Origin: Alphaproteobacteria bacterium
GTDB taxonomy: Bacteria; Pseudomonadota; Alphaproteobacteria; CBDBCS01
Assembly: GCA_965203415.1 (NCBI GenBank)
Contig: CBDBCS010000006.1
Span: 994,394-1,058,393 of the forward strand
Length of the DNA stretch: 64,000 nucleotides
Reading direction: 5' to 3'
Below, in pieces: positions 9,763 through 19,564 of the stretch; within the stretch, counting starts at the first letter, position 1; each line of letters opens with the position of its first letter. The translations under genes were made by a program, and so were the position numbers. The notes below the pieces were generated by a model. The model was not told the DNA's origin. It searched no databases and worked only from the letters and a program-made list of their open reading frames with translations.

Positions 9763-9897
9763 ATGAAAAGAACATTTCAGCCTAGCCGGCTGGTGCGCAA
9801 GCGCCGGCATGGCTTTCGTCATCGGATGAAGACGCCTTCGGGTCGGCGCATTTTGTCTAACCGGCGCCGTCAAGGGCGTCGGCGGCTTTCAGCCTAG
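9763..9897 (+). CDS. rpmH: 50S ribosomal protein L34
   Basis: ATG at 9763 gives [44 protein letters not shown], the canonical L34 sequence. Confidence 0.97.
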   Translation: MKRTFQPSRLVRKRRHGFRHRMKTPSGRRILSNRRRQGRRRLSA

Positions 9898-9898
9898 C

Positions 9899-10417
9899 TT
9901 GCAGCCCGCCGAGCGCCTTAAGCGTCGGGCCGATTTTCTGGCCCTAGACCGGGCCGGCCGCGCTTTTGTGCGCCCGTGTCTGGTCGTCCGAGTCCGACCG
10001 CGCCCCGAGCGGCCCAACACGCCCTCGCGGGTGGGCTTCACGGCGTCGCGGCGCGTGGGCGGAGCCGTCCAGCGCAATTTCGCCAAGCGCCGCATGCGGG
10101 AGCTCGCGCGTCTCTTGCTGCTGCCTTTGATGCGCGAACGGCGGGGGGTTTGGGCCGAGACCTGCGATATGGTTCTCATCGCCCGGCAGGGCATTGTGGC
10201 GTGCTCTTGGGCGGAGCTGCGTCAGCAAATGGAGACCGTGGTCCGGCGCTTGAACGCGGCCTCGCCCGGGCATCCCGGCCGTGCGGGCTATGCTGGAGAA
10301 AATTCGTCCCGAGCACGGCCTTCGTTCTCGGCCCGAGTTTCCCGCTCGGGGTTCCGTCACCCGACGACAGAGGTTCGGTCGGGGACTCGGCCAGGGGGGC
10401 CTCGACGCGGGCGTTAG
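9899..10417 (+). CDS. rnpA: Ribonuclease P protein component with an extended basic C-terminal tail
   Basis: TTG start directly after rpmH. Contains ERLKRRADFLAL...VGFTASRRVGGAVQRNFAKRRMRE (the RNR-type motif). The position in rpmH-rnpA-yidD-yidC is conserved. Confidence 0.85.
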   Translation: MQPAERLKRRADFLALDRAGRAFVRPCLVVRVRPRPERPNTPSRVGFTASRRVGGAVQRNFAKRRMRELARLLLLPLMRERRGVWAETCDMVLIARQGIVACSWAELRQQMETVVRRLNAASPGHPGRAGYAGENSSRARPSFSARVSRSGFRHPTTEVRSGTRPGGPRRGR

Positions 10418-10531
10418 TCAGAAAACGGCGGCGGGAGGCTCTCGCGCCCCTGCCCGAGGCCGCCCGGCAAGACCAGCCGGCAAGACCAGAACGTACGGCG
10501 TGCGACACAATTGGCGATACAATTTTTAAGC

Positions 10532-10804
10532 ATGAAAAAAGGGATTGCGTTGTTGTTCAGGCTTTATGGCCTGTGCGTGGTGCCTGCGCTGCGAGCTTCC
10601 GGCGTGTATGGCGGGTGTCGTTTCATGCCGGTGTGCTCGGTCTATAGTCGAGAGGCCTTTTTACGGCATGGTCTTCTCTGGGGAGGCTATTATACGCTGC
10701 GCCGGCTGGGGCGCTGTCACCCATGGGGTGGGTGTGGATATGACCCGGTGCCCGCCTCTCGGCGAGAGCGGGGTGTGCGGCCGCCGCCTCCGTCCCGTTC
10801 ATAG
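10532..10804 (+). CDS. yidD: Membrane protein insertion efficiency factor YidD
   Basis: CRFMPVCSVYSREAFLRHGLLWGGYYTLRRLGRCHPWGGCGYDPVP matches the YidD signature (CRF-P-CS...RCHP...G-DPVP). ATG at 10532 is preferred over the in-frame TTG at 10511. Confidence 0.85.
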   Translation: MKKGIALLFRLYGLCVVPALRASGVYGGCRFMPVCSVYSREAFLRHGLLWGGYYTLRRLGRCHPWGGCGYDPVPASRRERGVRPPPPSRS

Positions 10805-10871
10805 ATACGTTTCGATAAAAAAGATCCGGAAAAGATCCGGAGAAACACAAACACAAACATACGGGAGCCTC

Positions 10872-12686
10872 ATGGAACCAGAAAAGAAAAATTTAGTCTG
10901 GGCTTTTGTCCTGAGTTTGGTCATTTTGCTTGGCTGGCAGTTTCTCTACGAGCTCCCGCGCCAGACAGGTCTTCGCCAGACTTTCGACGCGCAGCAGACG
11001 CCGGACATTTCGCCGGGTATTTCGCCCGGTGCCCAGAGCCCCTCCGAGGATGGGGCTGGAGTGTCTGGCCCGGTGGCGCCGGGTCTCCCCCGGCCCGAGG
11101 GCGACGTTCGGCTCGCCCCGTCCGCGGCGGCCCCGGGCTCCTTAGAGGCGGCGGATGCGACGGACACCTCGCCCCGGGTCCCTCTAGAGGCCCCGGCTCT
11201 GATGGGGTCGCTCCGTCTGCGAGGCGGTCTTTTAGACGATGTGGTGTTGCGTTTTTACAAAGAATCCCTAGAGGCCGATTCTGGACAGATTCGTCTTCTA
11301 GCCCCCCAGGGCAGCTCCTCGGCCTATTACGCGGGCTGGGGTTGGTTAGCCGATACGCAGGGACTGGCTTTGCCGGACCGAGCGACGCTCTGGCAGGTTG
11401 CGTCGGGCGCCACGCTTGCCCCCGGTGCCCCCCTCGTCTTGTTCTGGGAGAACGGACAAGGCCTCCGGTTTGAACGCGTCTATGAGATAGACACAGCCTA
11501 TCTGATAACGGTGAAACGCAGCGTTCGCAATTTGGGGACGGCCCCGGTGAGGCTCGCTTCTTTCAGTTGGATTCAACGGAATTCGACGCCGGTGACAGAG
11601 AATTTCTACCTCATTCACGAGGGCGTTGTCGGAGGCTTGGGGCTCGAGGAGAGCCGGTTGCGCGAATATGACTACACAGATTTGCAAGAAACGACCCGGC
11701 CCCCAGAAGAGACACACGGAGGCTGGATAGGGTTCACAGACAAATACTGGCTTGTCTCGATGCTTTCTGCGAACCGGAAAGCGGCTTTTGTCCAGGCCAG
11801 AGCTCTGTCCGACGGGTCAGATTTTCGCTATCAATTGGACATGTCCAGCTCCTGGCAGGTGCTTCCGGCTGGTGGCTCGTTGGTTGTCGAGGATCATCTC
11901 TATGTCGGGGCCAAAGAGATAGACGTCTTGCAGACCTATCAAGACCGGATGGATCTTCCGCTCTTCGACAGAGCCGTAGATTTCGGGTGGTTTTATTTTT
12001 TAACCAAGCCCATGTTTCTGCTATTAGCCTGGTTGAACGGCCATACGCAAAATTTTGGTCTGGCGATTATGCTGATTACCATTCTTGTGAAGCTTGCTTT
12101 ATTTCCGCTCGCCTATAAGAGTTATGTTTCGATAAGTCGCATGAAAGTTCTCCAGCCGGAGGTGGAAAAGCTCCGCGAGCGTTTCAAAGAAGACCGCATG
12201 CAACTTCAACAGAACATGATGGCTTTGTATCGGACGCATAAAGTCAATCCGGCGGCGGGGTGTCTCCCGATTTTACTTCAGATTCCGATTTTCTTTTCGC
12301 TCTATAAGGTCATTTTTGTCACCATAGAAATGCGTCATGCGCCTTTTTTCGGTTGGATTCAAGATCTGTCGGCGCCGGACCCTTTGGGGGTTCTGACCTT
12401 GTTTGGTCTCGTGGATTGGCGAGTTCCCGCTTTTTTAGCTTTGATCAATATCGGGATTTGGCCGATTATCATGGGAGCCACGATGGCTTTACAGATGCGT
12501 CTCAATCCGACACCGACGGACCCGCTTCAGAAGAAAATTTTCACCTGGATGCCGGTTGTTTTCACCTTTTTTCTGGCGGGTTTTCCCGCGGGCTTGGTGG
12601 TGTATTGGGCTTGGAACAACACGCTCTCCATCGGGCAGCAATATCTGACGACGCGCATGATTGCCCGCCGCCAGGCTCCGCCGTGA
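10872..12686 (+). CDS. yidC: Membrane protein insertase YidC
   Basis: ATG at 10872 (MEPEKKNLVWAFVLSLVILLGWQFLY) follows a GGGAG-like RBS. The C-terminal 60-kDa IMP domain is present (NFGLAIMLITILVKLALFPL...KVNPAAGCLPILLQIPIFFSLYKV...). The longer ORF from 10545 overlaps yidD and looks non-coding. Confidence 0.93.
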   Translation: MEPEKKNLVWAFVLSLVILLGWQFLYELPRQTGLRQTFDAQQTPDISPGISPGAQSPSEDGAGVSGPVAPGLPRPEGDVRLAPSAAAPGSLEAADATDTSPRVPLEAPALMGSLRLRGGLLDDVVLRFYKESLEADSGQIRLLAPQGSSSAYYAGWGWLADTQGLALPDRATLWQVASGATLAPGAPLVLFWENGQGLRFERVYEIDTAYLITVKRSVRNLGTAPVRLASFSWIQRNSTPVTENFYLIHEGVVGGLGLEESRLREYDYTDLQETTRPPEETHGGWIGFTDKYWLVSMLSANRKAAFVQARALSDGSDFRYQLDMSSSWQVLPAGGSLVVEDHLYVGAKEIDVLQTYQDRMDLPLFDRAVDFGWFYFLTKPMFLLLAWLNGHTQNFGLAIMLITILVKLALFPLAYKSYVSISRMKVLQPEVEKLRERFKEDRMQLQQNMMALYRTHKVNPAAGCLPILLQIPIFFSLYKVIFVTIEMRHAPFFGWIQDLSAPDPLGVLTLFGLVDWRVPAFLALINIGIWPIIMGATMALQMRLNPTPTDPLQKKIFTWMPVVFTFFLAGFPAGLVVYWAWNNTLSIGQQYLTTRMIARRQAPP

Positions 12687-12763
12687 CCTCCAGCGTGGGC
12701 CACAGTTCACCCGGCGCTTCGCCAGAGCGTCTTTCGAGCACCCTCTCGAGTGAAACGCTTTTT

Positions 12764-13369
12764 ATGCGCCCGTGTTTTTTTTACACGGCCGCCCCAGTTC
12801 TCGAGGCGTTGCCCGAGGCTTCTTTGCCCGAGTTCGCCTTTATCGGTCGGTCGAATGTCGGCAAATCGTCTCTTATTAACGCGCTTGTGCATCGGCGCAA
12901 GCTGGTTCGCACCGGGCGCCGGCCGGGTCAGACGCGTCAGCTTAATTTCTTTAATCTGGCAGAGCGGCTTTTTCTCGTGGACTTACCCGGCTATGGGTAT
13001 GCGGCGGCACCAGTGGAGGTGACGCGGACTTGGCAAAACCTGACTCGGCGGTATCTGGCGACGCGTCGGCCGCTTCGGCTGGTTTTTGTGCTCGTGGAGG
13101 CCCGCTTAGGCCTTGGGCCTCGGGACCGTGCCTTTTTAGAGTGGCTGGCAGACCACGCGTCTCCGGCGTGTCTTGTCCTGACGAAAGCGGATAAAAAAGG
13201 GACGCCGCAAACGTCTCAGCAGTTAGGAAATTTACCGAGTTTCATGCACGCGGTCCCGATTTTGACGAGTACGAAGCACGGCACGGGTTTGGATAGGCTC
13301 CGGCACCTCATTTTTTCGTGTTTAGACGCCGCCGAGTGCTCTGGGCCCACCGCAACGACGGGCCTTTAG
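12764..13369 (+). CDS. engB: Ribosome biogenesis GTP-binding protein YsxC/EngB
   Basis: PEFAFIGRSNVGKSSLINAL (G1), LVDLPGYGYA (G3) and LTKADK (G4). Start taken at ATG 12764. An in-frame GTG at 12683 overlapping the yidC stop is an alternative. Confidence 0.9.
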   Translation: MRPCFFYTAAPVLEALPEASLPEFAFIGRSNVGKSSLINALVHRRKLVRTGRRPGQTRQLNFFNLAERLFLVDLPGYGYAAAPVEVTRTWQNLTRRYLATRRPLRLVFVLVEARLGLGPRDRAFLEWLADHASPACLVLTKADKKGTPQTSQQLGNLPSFMHAVPILTSTKHGTGLDRLRHLIFSCLDAAECSGPTATTGL

Positions 13370-15216
13370 GGGAGGCCTTTTTGCAATTTTTCCTGTAGAT
13401 ACGCCGGACGGATTTCGGTTCCCTCTGGGTCCAGGAGCAGCGCGCTCCGCCACTGATATCGGGCTTCGCGCTCTCGGCCGGTCCGCCAATAGGCATCGCC
13501 GAGGTGGTCGCTGATGACAGCATTGTCTGGCACGAGGAAAAGAGCTCTTTCGAGCAATTCGACAGCAGGCTCATAGGCCTCCTGGAGATAGTAAACCCAG
13601 CCCAGCGAATCGATGATATAGCCATTGTCGGGGTCTAATTCGACGGCCTTTTCGATGAGAGCCCGCGCCTGAGTCTCCTTCCGCCCCAGCGTCACCCAGC
13701 TATAGCCCAGATAGTTCAAAACCGAGGGCTGGTCCGGGGCTAGTTCCAAGGCGTATAAAAAGTCGGTCTCGGCCTCATTCCAGCGCAGCGTTCGTTCATA
13801 GGCGATAGCTCTCAAGAAATAAACGCGCCACAGAGGGGATGGGGGCGGTGGCGCCGATGGGGCCGCCTCGGCGGCCGTCTCGGCGGCGGCGGTCTCTTTC
13901 GGGAAGGCCGCCAGATAACGCGACAGCGGGGGGATAGCGGCCGAAAAATAGCTCTCTGTGTGCAGGAATTCCCCCAGGGCGAGCCACCCCGGGGCAAAGT
14001 CCGGCTGGGTTTCCACAAGGTCCAAAAGCAAGGTCAACGCCAGCGCATGATAGTCATGGTCGGCGAGTCCAGCCGCGAGCGTCAATTGCGCATTGAGACC
14101 CCAGAGCGTGTCTTGGCCTAAATCTTCAAAGATCGCTTGAGCCTCGACAAAGGCGAATTGGTTTGTCAGGAATTGCAACAGCCGAAATTGGATTTCTCGA
14201 TTTTCCGGCGCGAGCCTTGTGGCCATGCGGACGAGTAGGAGATTGTCCAGGCCGCCGCCCTGTGTCAATTCGGACCCGAAAAGGCCCAGAGCCGCATCCA
14301 GCATGGCGAGGCCCAGGACGGCTCGGGAGGTGTAAACCGGGTTTTGATACAAGTCGGGATTCTGCCGGAGCAGCCGCGCTTCATGAGCCTGCAAGACGCC
14401 GGCCTGAGCACGTTGTTGCAGATTTCTTTCGATAGCAGCCTCGCGTTCGGGCGGGGTTTGTGTCAGACGATAAGTCAGGAATAGCCGCGTTCGGAACAGC
14501 CTGAGCGTCTCGGTTTTGGGTGACGATTTCTGCTCCAGTTCCGCCAGAGCTTCCTCGAGCCGGCCCGTCAGCACCAAGTGTTGCGATTCATAAAAAAGAC
14601 GCCCTGTTTTGTTCCGGTCGGGGTCTAGATTTTCCCAGGCCTTTCGGAAATAGAGGGTAGCTTCGTCCGGCTGGTTCTCGGTGAGCGCAAGCCAGAATCG
14701 GAAATTATAGAGAATAAATTGGTGCCGAGGCGTTACGGCCTGGGCTGCCATGGCGTCCAGGTGGTCTCGCGTGCGGCGAGGGTCTGGCTGTTGGAGGGCC
14801 TCCACGGCCTCAAAGAGCCGGGCGTAGAAAGAGCCCTCCAACGGATGGGTTTCGAGCCACTTCGCCGCCGCCGTGTACTCCCCGCCGAGCAGGAGGGCAT
14901 AGAATAAAATACCGCTCTCGAAAGCTTGACTCTCTTGCAGAGCCAGGTTTTTGGCAACAAGAGCTGCCAGTTCTAAATCGCCTTCATAGCTGGCGTTCTG
15001 GAACAGCAAAATATAACCACTTTCCGAGACGAGCTCTATATCGGTCCGAGCTTGCAGAGACTTGGACGGCAGAGCCTCTTGGACCTGTTCCAGTGTGAAA
15101 AAAGCCTCTGGGGGCGGCGGGGGCGGTGCCGAGGGGTTTGGGGCGCAGCTCGATAAAACGAGGCCGCCCAGCAAGAGGGCAAGACGCAAGCTGTTCAGGG
15201 GGGGGCTGTGTGTCAT
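13366..15216 (-). CDS. TPR-repeat lipoprotein
   Basis: Signal peptide with lipobox (LGGLVLSSC). C-terminal TPR units are present (YALELAPDQPSVLNYLGYSW...AVELDPDNGYIIDSLGWVYY...LGDAYWRTGREREARYQW). Confidence 0.8.
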   Translation of the reverse strand: MTHSPPLNSLRLALLLGGLVLSSCAPNPSAPPPPPPEAFFTLEQVQEALPSKSLQARTDIELVSESGYILLFQNASYEGDLELAALVAKNLALQESQAFESGILFYALLLGGEYTAAAKWLETHPLEGSFYARLFEAVEALQQPDPRRTRDHLDAMAAQAVTPRHQFILYNFRFWLALTENQPDEATLYFRKAWENLDPDRNKTGRLFYESQHLVLTGRLEEALAELEQKSSPKTETLRLFRTRLFLTYRLTQTPPEREAAIERNLQQRAQAGVLQAHEARLLRQNPDLYQNPVYTSRAVLGLAMLDAALGLFGSELTQGGGLDNLLLVRMATRLAPENREIQFRLLQFLTNQFAFVEAQAIFEDLGQDTLWGLNAQLTLAAGLADHDYHALALTLLLDLVETQPDFAPGWLALGEFLHTESYFSAAIPPLSRYLAAFPKETAAAETAAEAAPSAPPPPSPLWRVYFLRAIAYERTLRWNEAETDFLYALELAPDQPSVLNYLGYSWVTLGRKETQARALIEKAVELDPDNGYIIDSLGWVYYLQEAYEPAVELLERALFLVPDNAVISDHLGDAYWRTGREREARYQWRSALLLDPEGTEIRPAYLQEKLQKGLP

Positions 15217-15480
15217 GTCGTGTGTCGTGCCGTGTTTGTCATGTCGTTTTGCGGATTTTTCTTAAAATCTTGCGAAACGGCCCATAAAGGCTTAGGATAG
15301 AAGGGAAGGGGCCTCAGAGAGATAGGCTTCCCGCTCTTGTCTCAGTATTGTTCTCTGAGGACTGGCGCGGGCGGACGTGCCCGCCCGCGGAGATGCCTGC
15401 CTATTATGACCTGTTCGGTCTTGTGTTGTCGAGTCGTTTTTGAATAAAAAGATAGGGCTTCGTCCCGGAAAGAGCTTCAG

Positions 15481-15924
15481 ATGTCTGTCAAACCGTCTGC
15501 CAAACCTTCCCCGGCTGTTCAAAAAAAGCTGGAAAAGCTGGAAAAAAGAGCCAAGATCACGGAAGCTCTCGCCGCGTTAGAGTCTCAATTGCCTGTTTCG
15601 TCTCGGAATCCGGCTCTCGGGCCTCCGGAACCGGGCGCGGGCGCGGCGGCGGACGAGGACTCAAAAGCCTCTGAAAAAGCCACGCCTCTGGCGGCGAGCG
15701 GGCTCAGTGCTGGCATGCACATTCTAGCCGAGTTCGTCGCTTGTGTGGTTGTGGGCTCTTTTCTAGGCTTCTGGTTCGATCGCTGGCTGGGTTCTGCCCC
15801 GTGGGGTCTCATCGGGTTCTTTTTTCTGGGGGTCGCTGCGGGTTTTTGGACGCTTGTGAAGGCTTCGGCCGGACCGGGCCGTGGACCAGACCGTGGGCCG
15901 GGCCGTGGACCAGACCGGGGATGA
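15481..15924 (+). CDS. atpI: ATP synthase protein I (AtpI/AtpZ family)
   Basis: Two C-terminal TM helices (ILAEFVACVVVGSFLGFWFDRWLGSAPWGLIGFFFLGVAAGFW). It lies directly upstream of atpB, as in alphaproteobacterial F0 operons. Confidence 0.75.
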   Translation: MSVKPSAKPSPAVQKKLEKLEKRAKITEALAALESQLPVSSRNPALGPPEPGAGAAADEDSKASEKATPLAASGLSAGMHILAEFVACVVVGSFLGFWFDRWLGSAPWGLIGFFFLGVAAGFWTLVKASAGPGRGPDRGPGRGPDRG

Positions 15925-16082
15925 AACCGGGGGCTTGCAAATTGTTCTGAAACGCGCTACAGACCACGGCAGGGGGGAGGGACTCTAGGAAACTCTCCAA
16001 AGACACGGAAGCGAACAGAAGACTGAAAAACGCAGAAGAGCCGTCTAAACCAAGCGCGCGTAAACACCCGTAAGCACCCATC

Positions 16083-16814
16083 ATGGCAGCCGATAACAAC
16101 CCGATGACGCAATTTGAGGTCAAGCCCATCCTAGACATTGCGTTGGGTTCTTATGACCTCAGTTTCACCAATTCCTCGTTGTGGATGTTGATTTCGGTGG
16201 CGACCATTGTGGTTTTTTTCCTGGTCGCCACGCGGAAAAGAGCCATTCGCCCCGGGCGTCTGCAGATCGTCGCCGAGCTTTTATACGGGACCGTCCACAC
16301 CATGGTGCGCGATAATATCGGCCGCGAGGGCATGCGTTACTTCCCGACCGTTTTGACGCTTTTTTTGTTTATTTTATTCGGGAATGCCTTGGGGCTGATT
16401 CCGGGGAGTTTCACGTTCACCAGTCATCTCGCGGTAACGTTTGCGCTGGCCGGGGCTGTTTTTATTGGGGTGACGGTTTTGGGTCTCGTGCGTCACAAGG
16501 CGCGTTTTTTCAGTTTTTTTATTCCGCACGGGACGCCGCTTCTGGTCGCCCCGTTTTTGATGGTCATAGAGGTTATCTCTTATTTATCGAGGCCTCTGTC
16601 TCTGTCGGTTCGGTTGTTTTCGAATATGGCCGTGGGGCATATTTTGCTCAAGGTGGTCGCGGGATTTGTGATTTCGCTGGGTGTCTTCGGCTTTGTGCCA
16701 TGGCTTGCCTTGATAGCCGTCTACATGCTAGAGATGCTTGTGGCGTGTATCCACGCCTATGTTTTTGCGATCCTGACATGCGTTTATATTCGGGACGCAC
16801 TTTATTTGCACTAG
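16083..16814 (+). CDS. atpB: F0F1 ATP synthase subunit a
   Basis: 243 aa with LSLSVRLFSNMAVGHILL (the essential Arg motif of subunit a) and a multi-TM profile. Confidence 0.96.
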   Translation: MAADNNPMTQFEVKPILDIALGSYDLSFTNSSLWMLISVATIVVFFLVATRKRAIRPGRLQIVAELLYGTVHTMVRDNIGREGMRYFPTVLTLFLFILFGNALGLIPGSFTFTSHLAVTFALAGAVFIGVTVLGLVRHKARFFSFFIPHGTPLLVAPFLMVIEVISYLSRPLSLSVRLFSNMAVGHILLKVVAGFVISLGVFGFVPWLALIAVYMLEMLVACIHAYVFAILTCVYIRDALYLH

Positions 16815-16830
16815 GAGAAAGGAGTCTTCC

Positions 16831-17055
16831 ATGGATGTTGAAACAGCAAGGCTGATAGGAGCCGGACTCGCGGCGATAGGTCTCATTGGGGCCGGCCTGG
16901 GGGTCGGGATGGTCTGGTCGGGCTATTATCAGGCTCTGGCGCGCAATCCCGCGTCCAGAGAGCATATCGGGGCGATGATCTGGATAGGGTTTGCGGTGAC
17001 GGAGGCTCTGGGTCTTTTCGCCATGATGATCTCGCTTCTGATTTTGTTCAGCTAG
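16831..17055 (+). CDS. atpE: F0F1 ATP synthase subunit c
   Basis: 74-aa hairpin protein: ...GLGVGMVWSGYYQALARNPAS...FAVTEALGLFAMMISLLILF, with the conserved carboxylate (E) in helix 2. Confidence 0.96.
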   Translation: MDVETARLIGAGLAAIGLIGAGLGVGMVWSGYYQALARNPASREHIGAMIWIGFAVTEALGLFAMMISLLILFS

Positions 17056-17105
17056 GTCTTTCGTAGGGCGCCCGGTTAGGTCTCCCGGTTAGGTCTCAGA
17101 GTCTG

Positions 17106-17645
17106 ATGCCTCAGTTCGAACAGTTCGACACGTTTTTAAGCCAGATTTTCTGGCTTGCGGTCTTTTTCGGTATTCTGCACAGTTTTCTGAACCGGTTTCT
17201 GATTCCGCGCGTTTCGGCGATTTCCGAGTCCCGGTCCCGCCACGTGCAGAGCGACCTCGACAAGGCCGCCGACCATGCGGCCCGCGCCAGAGAGTTGATG
17301 AGTCAGGCCGAAGCGCGCCTCGAGACGGTGCGCGCCGAAGTCCAAGTCAAACTCAACCGGAAACAGCTGGCCGAGCAGGAACAGAGCCGGCGGCGGCTCC
17401 AGGAATTGGACCAAAGTCTGAAATTCGAGGAACGCCAGGCGCGGGAACGGCTGGAACATAACGTTTCCCGCCTGCAGCAAGAGCTCGAGCCTCAATTGGG
17501 GGAACTGGTCGCAGAAATCACGGAAAAATTGATTGGAAAACGCCTGTCTCAGGAAAAAATTGAATCGGTGATTGCCTCGCATCGGTCGTCCCAGGCATCT
17601 CCGGCGTCGGGGGAGGCCCCGCTTACAAAAGGGGAAAACGAATGA
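17106..17645 (+). CDS. F0F1 ATP synthase subunit b'
   Basis: N-terminal TM helix (IFWLAVFFGILHSFL) followed by a long charged coiled coil. It is the first of two tandem b-type genes after atpE, the alphaproteobacterial b'/b arrangement. Confidence 0.85.
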   Translation: MPQFEQFDTFLSQIFWLAVFFGILHSFLNRFLIPRVSAISESRSRHVQSDLDKAADHAARARELMSQAEARLETVRAEVQVKLNRKQLAEQEQSRRRLQELDQSLKFEERQARERLEHNVSRLQQELEPQLGELVAEITEKLIGKRLSQEKIESVIASHRSSQASPASGEAPLTKGENE

Positions 17646-18136
17646 CAGCCCTCTTTCATACACCCGAGCTCTGGCTGGCCCTCGCTTTGCTGGCGTTTTT
17701 TGTTCTTTTCTGGTTTAGAGGCCGGGCTCTTTTGGTGCGGGTGCTGGACGCGCGGGTCGAGCAGGTGACGCGGACCCTCGACGAGGCTCAACAGAAATGC
17801 CGTCAGGCCGAGCAAATCCTCAAAGACGCCGAGGCGTATAGTAAAACCGCCGAACAGGAAGCAACGCTGATTCTCAGCCGAGCCGAGTCGCGCGGCCTGG
17901 AAATCATAGAGAATGTCCGAATGCAAACAGAACGCATGGTAGAACGCCAGCGTAAGCAAGCCGGTGCCATGTTGGTCCGAGCCCAGGCCGAGGCTCGCGA
18001 TGCGTTAGCTCGCGAATCGCAGAAAATCATGCTGGAGTCCGTCCGGACGCTCCTGAGCGACGCGTTACAGTCCGACCAGGGCGACGAGGTGCTCGCCACC
18101 GCCATCCGGGACCTGGCGAAATCGCGCCTCCATTGA
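17642..18136 (+). CDS. atpF: F0F1 ATP synthase subunit b
   Basis: N-terminal TM helix (LWLALALLAFFVLFWF) plus a coiled coil. ATGA overlap with the preceding b' gene. Confidence 0.85.
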   Translation: MTALFHTPELWLALALLAFFVLFWFRGRALLVRVLDARVEQVTRTLDEAQQKCRQAEQILKDAEAYSKTAEQEATLILSRAESRGLEIIENVRMQTERMVERQRKQAGAMLVRAQAEARDALARESQKIMLESVRTLLSDALQSDQGDEVLATAIRDLAKSRLH

Positions 18137-18195
18137 GGCTCTAGCTCCGCCCCCCTCCCGAGTCTCTTGGCCCCGGGTGTCTCGAAGGCTTGGGC

Positions 18196-19050
18196 TCAGC
18201 TTGGGGTGCCCCCCGGTTGTTGTGCCACCCGTTTGGCCCATGTTCCGTAGTGTGTGTGTTCTCCCTGCCCGCCTGTAATAAGAGCGGTGCGCACAAATTC
18301 ATCCCGAAAACGAGGCAATCTAACGCCCAGGCGGTGGCCCGCATGTTCCATGAAATACGTCGTGAGCCGAAATCCCTCTAGGATGTCCGTTTTATCAAGA
18401 GGAAGCCCTATTGCGCCCAGTTCTATCCGGGGGTCCGCGAGCCAAGCGGGGATCTTCAAGAGTTTCGTCTCCCAGGGGGCCCCGCATGGGGCGCATGCGC
18501 CTCGCCCTGTTCTGGGCGACACATAGCGAATCGGCCCCGCACCCCCGCCTAGAGCACACGTTTTGAGAGCCAAGCCAAAACCCAAATGCCCTAACAGGGT
18601 GCCCTCCCATCGCAGATAGGCGGCCACAAGCCTGGCTTCGGTGAAGCCTTCGGCGAAGCCCTCGGCGACGCCCCCGGCTTCGTTGTGTTCGGCCGACCAC
18701 GCCGAGACCTGGTGTAACAACAGGCTTGTGTCCTCATAGAGCGCGGTGTAGGGCGTGCGTTCGGCAGCCAGCACTTCTAAAAGTTCGCAGCAGGCCCGCA
18801 GGGTATAGAGCCCTAAGGTTGTGCCAGGATAGGGACTCGGGAGTGCTTCGAGGCGATAGACCCCCAGATGCTCCGGCAAGCGTGCGCGCCAGTGGGCGTG
18901 CACGAAAGAACCGACAGGCGCGTTCCGGGCTTTGCGGCCATAGCCATAGCCCAGATGCCGTCCGTGCGTCTGGGAGAAAAGCGACACAATCGCCCCGTGC
19001 TCGCTGTGAGGTCGGACTCTCAGAACAATGGCGCGACTTTCCCACTCCAT
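18196..19050 (-). CDS. recO: DNA repair protein RecO
   Basis: MEWESRAIVLRVRPHSEHGAIVSLFSQTHGRHLGY... (OB-fold N-terminus) with a Cys-containing region (CALGGG...CAPCG) typical of RecO. Confidence 0.9.
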   Translation of the reverse strand: MEWESRAIVLRVRPHSEHGAIVSLFSQTHGRHLGYGYGRKARNAPVGSFVHAHWRARLPEHLGVYRLEALPSPYPGTTLGLYTLRACCELLEVLAAERTPYTALYEDTSLLLHQVSAWSAEHNEAGGVAEGFAEGFTEARLVAAYLRWEGTLLGHLGFGLALKTCALGGGAGPIRYVSPRTGRGACAPCGAPWETKLLKIPAWLADPRIELGAIGLPLDKTDILEGFRLTTYFMEHAGHRLGVRLPRFRDEFVRTALITGGQGEHTHYGTWAKRVAQQPGGTPS

Positions 19051-19087
19051 GCGTGCCCCCGTGCGTGTTCAGGCTCGTGTTTGGGCG

Positions 19088-19564
19088 TCATGTCCAGAGC
19101 GTCGAAAAGGAGCTCAGGACTTGTTTGTAGAGGTCTCTTTTGAAAGGCACGATCTCTTGGACGACCCGGTCGGGCGAGGTCCATTTCCAGGCTCTGAATT
19201 CGGGCTGGTCTGTTTGCAGATTGATTTCGTTCTCGGCCCCTGTGAAGCGCAGGGCAAACCATTTCTGGGCCTGGCCGACCCACCGTCCGTTCCAGAGTTT
19301 CTCTCGAAGCTCGGGCGGCAGGTCATAGGACAGCCACTCGGGATTTTCGGCCAGAATGGCGACCGAGACCATGGCATTTTCTTCGTATAACTCGCGTCGG
19401 AGGGCTTGGTCGGGGGTTTCGCCGGGCTCGATCCCGCCCTGAGGCATCTGCCAATAATTCCCTGGATTATCGATTCGCAGAGCCGTAAAAATGGCATTCT
19501 CCTGATTCAGAACCAGAGCCCCCACACAGGGCCGATAGCGTTGAAAATCTACGGACGCGGCCAT
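19088..19564 (-). CDS. rppH: RNA pyrophosphohydrolase (NUDIX)
   Basis: YRPCVGALVLN...WQMPQGGIEPGETPDQALRRELYEE (Nudix box) ...FRAWKW. Start taken at ATG 19564 (MAASVDFQRYRPCVG) rather than the longer ORF that overlaps gshB. Confidence 0.9.
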   Translation of the reverse strand: MAASVDFQRYRPCVGALVLNQENAIFTALRIDNPGNYWQMPQGGIEPGETPDQALRRELYEENAMVSVAILAENPEWLSYDLPPELREKLWNGRWVGQAQKWFALRFTGAENEINLQTDQPEFRAWKWTSPDRVVQEIVPFKRDLYKQVLSSFSTLWT